Assembly: GCF_006345805.1 (NCBI RefSeq)
Contig: NW_021834634.1
Span: 1 to 62,844, forward strand
Direction of reading: 5' to 3'
DNA from: Octopus sinensis
Taxonomy: Eukaryota
Length of the DNA stretch: 62,844 nt
The notes under the pieces are model-generated. The model worked only from the letters and a program-made list of their open reading frames with translations, made no database searches and was not told the origin of the DNA. Positions 27,985-39,313 of the stretch are shown here, in pieces. Positions within the stretch are counted from its first letter, which is position 1; every line of letters starts with the position of its first letter. A program made the position numbers and the translations under genes.

Positions 27985-28195
27985 CAGGTTTATATTTACA
28001 TATAAATTTGGGGTGGCACACTCTGTGCAAGGAGTATAACTCCCAAAGAGTTCTTCGAAATTCTCTCACTTCCTGACCACCAGTAGCGGAAATGTGTCGC
28101 CATATTTTCCGTACATCGCTGACGAGCGCCGTCATAGGTTATGGCTCAATTCATGTGCGAAACCGAATAGTGGACTCGTCTGAGATGAATCTATA
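27774..28195. promoter_or_regulatory. CpG-containing promoter-like island, possibly a decayed solo LTR
   Basis: ETS-like cacttcctg (28067-28075) and cggaaat (28087-28093); YY1-like cgccatatt (28098-28106); ZNF143/Ronin-like agtataactccca. Ends TGTAG...CTATA. Confidence 0.35.
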
Positions 28196-28243
28196 ATACT
28201 GAATAATTTAAAGATTATATATTCACCCCATTATTTTCTCTTA

Positions 28244-28637
28244 AGTGGAGGCGCAATGGCCCAGTGGTTAGGGCAGCGGGATTCGCGGTCGTAGGATCGC
28301 GGTTTCGATTCCCAGACCGGGCGTTGTGAGTGTTATTGAGCGAAAACACCTAAAAAGCTCCACGAGGCTCCGGCAGGGGATGGTGGTGGTGATGTCCTCT
28401 TGTACTCTTTCACCACAAATTTCTCTCACTCTCACTTCCTGTTTCTGTTGTACCTGTATTTCAAAGGGCCGGCCTTGTCACTCCTGTGTCACGCTGAATA
28501 TCCCCGAGAACTACGTTAAGGGTACTCGTTGTCCGTGGAGTGCTCAGCCACTTACACGTTAATTTCACGAGCAGGCTGTTCCGTTGATCGGATCAACCGG
28601 AACCCTCGTCGTCGTAACCGACGGAGTGCTTCCTTTA
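28244..28637 (+). mobile_element. tRNA-derived SINE, family A, full length
   Basis: Highly similar to 19304-19685. 11-bp TSD attttctctta (28233-28243 and 28638-28648). Confidence 0.93.
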
Positions 28638-28983
28638 ATTTTCTCTTAGACAGCTATATAGGCATACATATGTGTGTATATGTGTACGCATTAGTAAAAC
28701 AGCCGACAACTGATGAAGGGTCGTTCTTTGTGTTGTTTCTCTTGTTTTCCATTTGTTTCTTTCGCTGTTCGCAAAAGAAGTTCATATTCTATGTCCTCGT
28801 ACTTCGTATTTTTCGATGTTTACGTCTTATGACGGCATGTGCCCACATATGCATATGTATATACGTAAATATGCAAGCATTGTACGTATAGGTATGTATA
28901 TATGCATATATATATAGTTGTATATATATATATATATATAATATATATATAAATATATTATATGTTAATATATATATATATAC

Positions 28984-29382
28984 TCTCTTTACTCTTTACT
29001 TGTTTCAGTCATTTGACTGTGGCCATGCTGGAGCAGCGCCTTAGTCGATCAAATCGCCCCGGGACTTATTCTTTGTAAGCCCAGTACTTATTCTATCGGT
29101 CTCTTTTGCCGAACCGCTAAGTGACGGGGACGTAAACACACCAGCATCGGTTGTCAGCAATGCCAGGGGGACAAAACACAGACACACAAACACACCACAT
29201 ACATATTATATAATACATATATACGACAGGCTTCTTTCGTTTTCCGTCTACCAAATCCACTCACAAGGCATCGGTCGGCTCGGGGCTATAGCAGAAGACA
29301 CTTGCCCAAGATGCCACGCAGTGGGACTGAACCCGCAACCATGTGTTGGTTAGCAAGCTACTTACCGCACAGCCACTCCTTG
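28984..29382 (-). mobile_element. SINE family B, full length
   Basis: Reverse complement of the 3411-3827 family. Confidence 0.92.
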
Positions 29383-29649
29383 TATATATATATATACTTA
29401 TGTGTATGTGTGTGTACGTATGTATATATTTGTGTGTGTGTGTGTGTGTGTAAATATGTTAAAAAGACATCCTTTTCTCGCGTAAAAATTTAAATTCGTA
29501 GGTGTGTATATCATCAGTGCCAGTTGTTACTAACGTAGGATAATTTCTTCCTAATATCCAGAAATTTCTAGGCTTTGACCTTCGGAGTATTTGTCTAGTA
29601 CTTAGGTGCAAAACAAAATTCTGGTTTTTCAAGTACTACTAAGATGCAC

Positions 29650-30029
29650 TGTGGCTGTGTGGTAAGTAGCTTGTCTACCAGCCACATGGTTCCGGGTTCA
29701 GTCCCACTGCGTGGCACTTGGGTAAGTGTCTTCTATTAAGCCTCGGGCCGACCAAAGCCTTGTGAGTGTATTTGGTAGACGGAAACTGAAAGAGCCCGTC
29801 GTATATATTATATATGTATATATGCGTGTTTGTGTGTCTGTGTTGTCCCTAGCATTGCTTGACAACCGATGCTGGTGTGTTTATGTCCCCGTTACTTAGC
29901 GGTTCGGCAAAAGAGACCGATAGAATAAGTACTGGGCTTACAAAAGAATAAGTCCAGGGGTCGAGTTGCTCGATTAAAGGCGGTGCTCCAGCATGGCCGC
30001 AGTCAAATGACTGAAACAAGTAAAAGAGT
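29650..30029 (+). mobile_element. SINE family B, near full length
   Basis: Head gtggctgtgtggtaagtagc through tail gaaacaagtaaaagagt. Confidence 0.92.
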
Positions 30030-30269
30030 ACGAGTTCCAGACTATAAATACTGGCGTGAAACCACTGTATGGAAGTAAAGTTAAGTATACACATACATTG
30101 GTACATATTCACAAGCACAAACATACTACACATATGCATGCATATACATATACGTATGAGTGAGTGAGTCTGTGTGCATACATACAAACATGCATACATA
30201 TATGATGTGTGCATATGTGCGTACGTGTATGTGTATGTGCGCATGTATGTGTGTAGGTGCAATCGTGTC

Positions 30270-30585
30270 TGTAGTAAAAGGTTTTCTTCACAACCACATA
30301 GTTCCAGGTTCAGTCCCACTTGGGCGAGTGTCTTCTAAAGCCTCCGGCCGAGCAAAGCCTTGCCAATGGAAGTGATTATCAGCCACTGAAAGAAGACCGC
30401 CTGCCGTTTGTATGTGTGTGTGGTGGGGGAGGGGGGGGATGCGTGCATGTAAACCCACCACTACCGCATAGCAACCGGTTTTGGTTTGTTTATATTACCG
30501 TAATAGAGCAGTCTGGCAAGAGACCGATAGAATAAGTACCAGGATTTAAGAAATGAGCACTGGTGTCGATTCGCCGACTGAAATT
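30270..30585 (+). mobile_element. SINE family B, old degenerate copy
   Basis: aaccacatagttccaggttcagtcccac...gagaccgatagaataagtacc. Confidence 0.75.
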
Positions 30586-30612
30586 AAGTAAACGATATAT
30601 ATACATATATTT

Positions 30613-30646
<34 letters not shown>

Positions 30647-30699
30647 TGTATGTATGTATGTATGTATGTATGTTGTATGTATGTATGTATGTATGTAGT

Positions 30700-30736
<37 letters not shown>

Positions 30737-31015
30737 TTTATACATATATATATATATATATCTTTATACATATATGTAATATATATATAATATATTATAT
30801 ATATATCAAATAAAATCAAAAACAGAACACAAAGGATATCGCGGTACACGATATATGCCACTATCTGGCATATACAGGTACTTACACTTATCAAATATTC
30901 ACCCTAAATTTACAGTACCATATATACATATATATATATATAGAGAGAGAAAAGTAAAAGATTATATATATATATATATATATACACTTTATTAAATAGC
31001 ACCAAAAATATCACA

Positions 31016-31061
31016 AAAACTGTTACTCAAAGTTTCACGTTCCTCTTCGTCGGGTAGTTTT
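31016..31061 (-). ncRNA. Degenerate type-I hammerhead ribozyme motif
   Basis: Minus strand AAAACUAC-CCGACGA-AGAGGAACGU-GAAA-CUUUGAG-UA-ACAGUUUU. Topology is stem I, CUGANGA-like core, stem II, GAAA, stem III, UH, with several substitutions. Confidence 0.5.
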
Positions 31062-31314
31062 GTTTAGAATGTAGCAAGATAAAGTTATATGCAGAAATAC
31101 AATTACTTTGGAAGATACACATTTGAAAATGGTTTGGTTCCATTACTCCTTTCAACTAACGGTCTTCTTGATAACCGGTTGCATGAAATAACAAAGTGCG
31201 GTTTAAAATCATTTTATAATAAAAGTCGTAGAAAAACTTAAATCAAAAATAGCTTATAAAGAAGGAAAAGGCCTGAATGCCCTTGATAAATAATTAACTG
31301 TAAAATTTTAATAA

Positions 31315-31426
31315 ATCAATAAATTAAAATATATAACTGTTTAAAATTTGTTTTTACGCTAGATCACATAATCAATAAATTAAAATATATAACTGTTTAA
31401 AATTTGTTTTTACGCTAGATCACATA
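31315..31426. repeat. Perfect 56-bp tandem duplication
   Basis: atcaataaattaaaatatataactgtttaaaatttgtttttacgctagatcacata, twice. Confidence 0.95.
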
Positions 31427-31926
31427 TACATTTAGCAATATATACACATACCAAACAATCTATAATATACGTATGTACACTAAACATATAGACGCAGGTA
31501 CATGGCTACATACATATACAGATATATATATAGGCAAGACATAAATATATACAAATGCATATATATGTATGCACGCACACATACGCAAGCGCACAAAATT
31601 TCCTGGCGTATGCTTATACAAGTTAGTTGTTACAAGCGAAGAAAGATAATGATAAGTGGGGAAGAAAGAAAAAAGTGGAAAAGAAGAAAAAGAAATAAAA
31701 GAAAGAGAAACGGAAAATTAGAGAGAGAAAGGGAAGTTTAGATATTTTGTTCATCTTTCGAAACGTACACATAAAAACGCACGCATAAAATTACATGTAT
31801 ATCTACATAAATACAAACGTACATACAAATACACATACATATAGATATGCATACAAATATACAAAAATATGTACGCAAATACATGCACACATCTATAAAT
31901 GAATATACATATATACATATAATATA

Positions 31927-31965
<39 letters not shown>

Positions 31966-32653
31966 TATACATATATATATATATATGTATTTATATAAAT
32001 ACACATACATGCACATATATATATACGTACACACACATACATATACATACATGCACATACCTACAATACACGCATACACATATATATAGAGAGACCATTA
32101 TTCACATCAAGATAAAACATATACATCATAACGTATATACGCAACCATTTTAAAATCCTGTCTGTTATATATAATATTAAAATGTTAAAATAAGGGAATT
32201 GCACAATAAATTAATATAACATAATTAAATGCGTGAGTAAACCATAAAAATAAACCTCGGCGAAGTTTCAGCTCAAATTTGAAAAACAGTCGAAGGCTTT
32301 CTTAAAAGTGAAGTCGAAATATACATTAGCGTTGTAATACAAAATAACTATAAGTTGTAAAGTCAAATTCAAATGAGACAGTCAAAATTTTCCGAACGTC
32401 AAAATATATTACCCTTACGATATTTTATCGGTTGACATTTTAAACCTCACGCCGTGCCTCTAAGAATTTAAGAGCTTGAGTCTCTGGTTCAAAGTATGTT
32501 TATCACGGAACTGGATAAAGAACTTTTCTGAGAGACAATGATTACATTTCATATGTCTTTCATAAGCTCCGTGTCTGCATGATGATGCTTTTTCTAGAAT
32601 TTCTCTTTCAATTCCCAGACATGCTTTGTAAGACTAGTTGCTGTCCTTTTCTC

Positions 32654-32981
32654 GAGGTATGGCTCAGTGGTTAGAGCGTCGAGCTTACGATCATGAGATT
32701 GTGAGCTCGAATCCCGGACCGGGCTGCTTGTTGTGTTCTTGTGCAAGACACTTTATTTCACGTTGCTCCAGTTCACTCAGCTGTAGAAATGAGTTGCGAC
32801 GTCAAAGGTGCCAAGCTATATCTGCTGTTGCCTTTCCCTTGGATAACACTGGTGGCGTCGAGAGGGGAGACGGGTATGCATGGGCGACTGCTGGTCTTCC
32901 ATAAACAACTTGCCCAGACTTGTACCTAGGAGGGTAACTTTCAAGGTGCAATCCCATGGTCTGTGTCGTGACCGAGGGGGG

Positions 32982-32985
<4 letters not shown>
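32654..32985 (+). mobile_element. tRNA-derived SINE, family D (CORE-like centre)
   Basis: A box tggctcagtgg, B box gagctcgaatccc, then gtgttcttgtgcaagacactttatttcacgttgctccagttcactcagctgtagaaatgagt. Confidence 0.8.
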
Positions 32986-33038
<53 letters not shown>

Positions 33039-33054
33039 TTATATATATTATATA

Positions 33055-33090
<36 letters not shown>

Positions 33091-33240
33091 TGTATGTATG
33101 TACATAGGTATGTATGTATGTACATTTATGTGGTGTGTCTCTGAGTCTGTATTTGCACCACCCCCGTGCGTCTCTTTTACACTTCTTTTATTTCTCAAAA
33201 TTAAGAGAAAGTGCTTTTATAATCTAAAATATACTCTCCT

Positions 33241-33729
33241 TCATTTTTTACAATGTTTTTTATATATCTGTAGACTTGCAAGGCCCCTCTTCCAAAATTC
33301 ACTTGTCCGTGACGAAAAATACTCCTCCGGTACTGTTCTGTCCGGCGAATATGGTGGGTGAGGCATCGTTTCCCATTCAAACTGTTCCAGTCTTTGGAAT
33401 GTCATCCTCGCTGTATGCGGCCTAGCATTATCCTGATAGAACACATTTCGTCTTGAAACCAAAAATGTCCGTTTTTCTTCAAGCGCTGACTTGAGTCGCT
33501 CAAGCTGCTCACAAAAGATTTCGTTTGTTATCTTTTGGTTTGGTTTTAAAAGTTGAAAGAGGGTTAGACCTTTCATATCCGACCAAACAGATAAGAACAT
33601 CTTACGTGGGTAAAGACTCTTTTTAGCTTGCGATGCCGGTGTTTCTCCTTTCCCTACCCACACTTTTCGGTACCTGAAATTTTTATAGAGAACCCATTTC
33701 TCACCACTAGTCACTATTCGGCCCCCCAA
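33241..33729 (-). pseudogene. Mariner (Mos1/SETMAR-like) transposase catalytic-domain fragment
   Basis: RIVTSGEKW (first catalytic D lost), YQDNARPHTA, PHPPYSPD, then frameshift. N-terminus and TIRs not found. Confidence 0.92.
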
Positions 33730-34194
33730 ATAAGGTTAATATGTGAAACGTGACAGCAAAGAAGAGAACACATTCACTCTCTGCTCGAGATTAGACTCGG
33801 AGAGTTTATGAGGAACCCAATTGACCCAATTGGATGACCTTTCCATTGGCACACAGGTGTCGATGAATGGTTGAATAACCAAATCCAAGTTTCTCTGCTA
33901 GTTTCTCTGCTTGTTAGGATGGAATTTAATTCCCCCGCGGTTTGCAGGACGACATCGTCGAGCTCTACAGATCTTCAAGAACGAGGCATGTCCTCTAGGC
34001 TGTGGGTTCCGGCTCAGAATTTCTAGAACCACCGTTAACACTGGCTTACGCTTATTGTCCGATTCCCATATCCTGCATTAATATTCCTCGCACATTCCGT
34101 TGCGTTGTTGCTTTTATTGAGCTCATTCAGCAAAATATGCTTTGAAAAAATAACTGTTAAAATCGAACTGCACTCTTCAAAACTTGCAGTAAGA

Positions 34195-34312
34195 AGAAGG
34201 ACAAGATCCTTTTTTACAGCTTCCTTCATCCCGCTATCTTCAAAACGACTACTCCTGAGGTTCTCCTTCATCTTAGGGAACAACCGAAAGTTACAGGAAG
34301 CAAAGTAAGGAA
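34195..34312 (-). mobile_element. Mariner 3' fragment, near-identical to 42700-42812
   Basis: PYFASCNFRLFPKMKENLRSSRFED on the minus strand. Confidence 0.8.
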
Positions 34313-35634
34313 ATATTACAGCCATAGCCATACCGTTCTTTAAAGTGAACAGAGCACTTCAAACTTAAATATCTGATTTTCATATTTCAAACGTTAGGAT
34401 GCGATATGAGGAACATTTGGGTGCTACCTTCAGCCATCATATATATGCTCTCATGGTTGGCGATGATGGTAGGAATAACGTTTCTGGATTTAACAGAATC
34501 GCCGACAATGAAAATGTCAAGGGCATAAATTTTCCATTACGTCAGGCATGTTCGGGGGTGGGGGTATTTAAGGAGACGCAGAGAGAATGAATGAAAGGGA
34601 GAGAGGAGGAGGTTGTTGTAAGATTTTGTGAGTATTATACTCGAAGATCAGAAAGCCGTGTTTGGCTTTGCTATTTTGCTGCAACAAAACCTCTAAGACA
34701 ACAGTTGTACAATGAAAACTGAAATTTAAAATAATACAGATGAGATGTAGAGAAAGAGAAGAGGATAGAATCAGAGACAACTGCATGTGAGCATGTGTGT
34801 GAATGTGTGTGTCTGTGTGAGTATGTGTGTGTGTGTGTGTCTGAAGCTATACAGGAAAGTGCATATGAATGTTAAAAAGAGCGAACAAGCGAACGATCGA
34901 GCAAGCGAGAGAGAGAAATAGGGAAGGAAGGAGGGAAAAACATAATAGAGAAAAAAGAAGAGAAAACTGATTAAGTAACTTAAAGAGGAGGGAAAGAGAT
35001 AAACGGAGGATGAAAAAGAAAATAAAAAAAATTTCTATGAACGGAGAAACAGGGAAAGAGAAGAGACATTAAAAGTACAGAATAAAAAAGAGAACTAGAA
35101 AGAGTAAGAGAAAGAGAAAGAGAGGGAGAGAGAGAGAGAGAGAAAGGGAAAGAAAGAGAGCAGGAAGAATAAATAATTTGAAAAGGAAGCTATGAAGAGA
35201 AATTTGACGTTAAATGAGACTAAGGGAATAACAATAAACTGATCAGTGAAGAAACCAAATGGAAATTTAATTGAATTCTTAAAGGAAATGTAAACAGAGG
35301 AGGTCATATTGTTTCGGTGAGATATTTTAAGTAGAATGGGAGAGGTCATTGTTATAGAGAAGAAAAAGAAAGTGAAAGTAAGTAAAGGAGAGGCGGAAAA
35401 AAGAGAGTGACTCAGTGTGACAATGGTGTTAGAACATGGAAAGGATAAAAAAAAACATAGCGAAGAATAGGTTTATATGGAAGAGAAGTGGACATATATC
35501 TGATATTCTGATGTTATAGCTGTGTGTATTTTATGTTGTATTTGTACACATTAATAATGGACTGTGTATGCCTAAATTATATACTTTTACGAAATAAAAC
35601 TTGTAAATTTATATACATACATGCATATATATAT

Positions 35635-35714
<80 letters not shown>

Positions 35715-35717
<3 letters not shown>

Positions 35718-35915
35718 ACAATTCACAAAAAGACGAAGGCAGGTGGTGTGTAGGCAACAAACAGATGTATAAGTTTAACGCTCGGGAAGTGAAAAGTCTT
35801 TAACGTTTCGAGCCTACGCTCTTCCACAGAAAGCAAGAAGACAGAAAGAACCATGGAGAGAAAATAAAGAATGTGTAGTGACTAGCGATCTATCATGGCG
35901 AATGCCGGACAGAGG
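35715..35915 (-). mobile_element. Penelope-like terminal repeat (pLTR) with hammerhead-like motif at 35798-35833
   Basis: Minus strand CUUU-CUGUGGA-A-GAGC(GUAG)GCUC-GAAA-CG-UU-AAAG, followed by gacttttcacttcccgagcgttaaac. Same family as 38280-38410. Confidence 0.75.
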
Positions 35916-36461
35916 GGTTACACTGGAATGCTAGGAAGAAGGGGAGATAATAAAGTAGTGGTGATCCCAAAACGAAGTTGCGCGTCCGTGTGTATAAGAG
36001 AGTATGTATGTGCATGTGGAAGAGTGCTGGTGAGCTCGACGTGTGCGCGTGTGTATGTGTAGATGTGTGGATGTGGGGCTGGGAAGTTGTCAGTGCTAGT
36101 GTGTGCGTGGTGGTGTGATGTGATGTGTTGTGTGGTATGGTGGTGCATGGTGTAGTGGTGTGTGGTGTGGTGTGATGGTGCTACATATAGATTTACATAT
36201 AAATAGGTAGACATATAGGTAGACAGAGAAATAGAAAAATAGAGAAAGAGGAAGGGAGAAAGAAAGGGAGGGAGAGAAAGCGAGAGAGAGAGGGAAACAG
36301 ATATACAGATGGATTTAGATATGGATAGAGATGGATGTATACATGCATATATATATATATTCATATATGTATATACAAATATATAACTATATATATATGT
36401 ATACATACATACATACATACATACATACATGCATACATATATATATATGTATGTATATGTA

Positions 36462-36493
<32 letters not shown>

Positions 36494-36884
36494 CATATAT
36501 ATATATATATATTATATATATATATGAATAAAAAAATGGAGTTAACGCAGGTGTGTAATCAAATATTTTTACTTTCGACACATGTTTCGAAAATTCCACT
36601 GATAATATTCAAAAGAATAAATGGTATAAACAAGGCAATCTTCTCCTCAAGAAAGTGAAAAAAAACGAAACTCATCAATAAGACATTATAGCAAAAAATG
36701 ATGGATTTGTATAGCGATAGACAGAACGCTATTAATATTGATTAAAAAAACGTTATATGATATAACGTCATAAGTAGCTAACAGAAACAGTAGGGATATT
36801 AATAGTGAATGTTAAATATAAAGGAATTTAAATTTTAAATTATATATAATATGATAGAGGACTACTTATATGCACTAAATGTAT

Positions 36885-36959
36885 GTTTTACCAGCAAGTG
36901 TCGGGAGTGGCCATGGGAACGAGAAAGGGCGCCAACTATGCGAACCTGTTCGTTGGCTA
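36885..36959 (+). repeat. Isolated 75-bp copy of the Penelope RT GVAMG motif
   Basis: Near-identical to 37574-37650. Encodes YQQVSGVAMGTRKGANYANLFVG in frame. Confidence 0.9.
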
Positions 36960-37289
36960 TATATATTAATAGATATATTATTATATATATTATAATATAT
37001 ACATGTATACACACAGACACATATATGTAGTTTTTGGCAAATTGCAGGGTATCTAAATATGTATAATAAAATACTTTGTGATAGTTTATCCAATGCTGTC
37101 CGCTCTGGTTTCAAATCATGGCGAAGTCAGTTTCAGGTTACATCTTTGGGAGGATGCTTTGAAGAAGCTGTCTCAGCACTTCACAAATTCAAAGCAAAGC
37201 CAGCGACAACACACACGCATGCATATGTATACATGTACATGCATATGTACAAGCATACACGCATAAATACATACATACATATATATATA

Positions 37290-38410
37290 GTCCCCAAATA
37301 CCTCGGCAGTGTTCTTGTCCCCCTAGAGGCTTCCCTCCTCTCACATCCACGACAGCAATCATGCTCTCCGTCTATTTAACTCTTGCATCTTCCCTTCTGG
37401 CCCTTCTCAACTCTTGACATTAAAAGTTTGTATACGGTGATCCAAGAGAAAGAAGGACTTCTTGCGCTTAAACACTTCCTTGATCTTCGGCCTGACCCTT
37501 AACCTGACACGTTTACACTTCTTTGTCTGGTCGAACTTCTCTTCTTCCTCAAGTTCTTCTCGTTTGCGGGGGAGTTTTACCAACAAGTGTCGGGAGTGGC
37601 CATGGGAACGAGAAAGGACGCACCAACTATGCGAACCTGTTCGTTGGCTACGTTGAGGTACAAATATACTCACTGGTGCCACGCCCGAGACACACAGTCG
37701 TTATAACGATGACTGTATCAGCGCATCCTCATTCGCCCGCAAACAGCTGGACACCTTCTCTTTTGTCCAATTCTTCCTGCCCTCGAATTTTCCTGTACTT
37801 TTCAGTCGGATTTTTCGACATTTCTCTCAGCATATACCACTCCGCTCGCACTACCTTCATCCACCATACAAACACACTAACTCACACTCATACCGTAACT
37901 TCTTCTCCTCCTCCTCCTCCCACCCTACCCACACCAAGCTCTTCATCCCCAACTTCCAATTCTTCCGTCTACGCAGGCTCTGCAGTGACGATTATGACTT
38001 TGAGACTCAGTTTCAACTCGTCCAACATGAATATCCCCTCACCATTAATACACTGCCCTTGCCCGGGCACGATCTGTAGACCGTGCTTCTGCTCTTTCTC
38101 CTCGCACCCATCCCACCCTTACCTGTCTCCTATTTCCCCTCACCTACCACCCCTCCAACTCACAATTATCCGAGCCTTCCGTCGACTCCAGTCCGACCTG
38201 TCCACCTCGCACATCTTCCCTAACCTACTCCTTCCCTCCTTCAAAGTTTTTTTTCATTCTCTTTCCACCCCACCCCCCTCTTATTCCTTTCTATCAAAGA
38301 GAGAAGGCTCGAAACGTAAAAGACTTTTCCATTTTCCCAAGCGTTAAACTAATACACTTGCTTGTTGTTCTTACACCTGTCTTCGTCTTTTGCTTTTCTG
38401 TAAATTTGAA
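37290..38410 (+). mobile_element. Penelope-like element: degenerate RT and thumb, no recognisable GIY-YIG, ending in pLTR
   Basis: LDIKSLYTVI..EGLLALKHFLD; FSFAGEFYQQVSGVAMGT; NYANLFVGYVE; FFDISLSI; QFFRLRRLCSDDYDF. The terminal repeat carries a decayed hammerhead at 38287-38322. Confidence 0.9.
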
Positions 38411-38554
38411 TTATATATATATATACATATACATACATATATATGTGGGGAGGGGGTATATATAGAAAGTAATGTCAAAACATTACGGAGGATATATTAT
38501 AAATAATTAACATTATTAATGAATATATCAATGACCAAGCAAGTTATCATAAAA

Positions 38555-39060
38555 TATAACTAAGAGGGTTAAAAAAAACCTTACATGTTAAAAATAACAG
38601 CCAAAACCGCTATAAAGTCATTATATAACTCATATTATTTCTCGTCACGATAAAAATTGTCTTCGGGCGACATGGCAAATAGAATCCATAACTTGAAAAT
38701 AACTGGTTAATTCCCTATTGCAATTTCGACTTTAGGGACCACTTGATTGTGTAGATAGAGGTGAAAACATTCTATTGCCGATCGGGATTCATGCTCGCCC
38801 CAAGGTAAAGTCTTGTTTTGATTTCTATCTATAGGAATATTTCCCCTGATGAGGCGAATAGGTCCCTTAAGTGGTCCTTAACGCCGAAATTGCAATAAGG
38901 AATTAACCAGTTATTTTCAAGTTGTGGAATATATTTGCCATGTCGCCCGAAGACAGGTTTTTATCATGAGGAGAAATAATATGAGTGATGTAATGGCTTT
39001 ATAGCGGTTTTGGTTGCTACTTTTAACAAGTAAGGGTTTTTTTTAACCCTTTTAGTTATA
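38555..39060. mobile_element. Long inverted repeat (two head-to-head pLTR-like copies)
   Basis: 38555-38746 is the reverse complement of about 38867-39060, with scattered mismatches. A further inverted match links 38751-38769 and 38814-38832. Central spacer about 45 bp. Confidence 0.9.
38841..38902 (+). ncRNA. Minimal type-I hammerhead ribozyme
   Basis: UUCCC-CUGAUGA(38846-38852)-GGCG..CGCC-GAAA(38886-38889)-UUGCAA-UA-AGGAA. The catalytic core is intact, stem III is the palindrome AUUGCAAU, and cleavage is predicted after 38897. Confidence 0.75.
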
Positions 39061-39313
39061 ATTGTGACTTGTTCATAATTATAAACATTTTTCTTCTTTA
39101 TATATATTGCTGTATCTGACAGCTAATGTTAGGAGCTGGCTGTTATTTCTAACCGTCGTAGGTCAACAGTTTTGCATAGAAGAAAATAACGAAATCTGTT
39201 GAGGTTTTTATGATCAAAATTTATTTGAAAGAGTTTGAAAGAGTTTGAATATTATTGTGTTTAGTGTAATCGAAATAGTATTACAACGAATGTTGAGAGA
39301 GTCTGGATGTTAT

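Noticed and set aside
28247-28320. tRNA gene (also 19615-19685 and 32654-32725)
   Set aside because: These have A/B boxes but no closing acceptor stem, and they continue into multicopy SINE bodies, with TSDs on the two family A copies.
37523-38347. 274-aa ORF as an intact protein
   Set aside because: It threads through different frames of a frameshifted Penelope RT; only short pieces are in the true frame.
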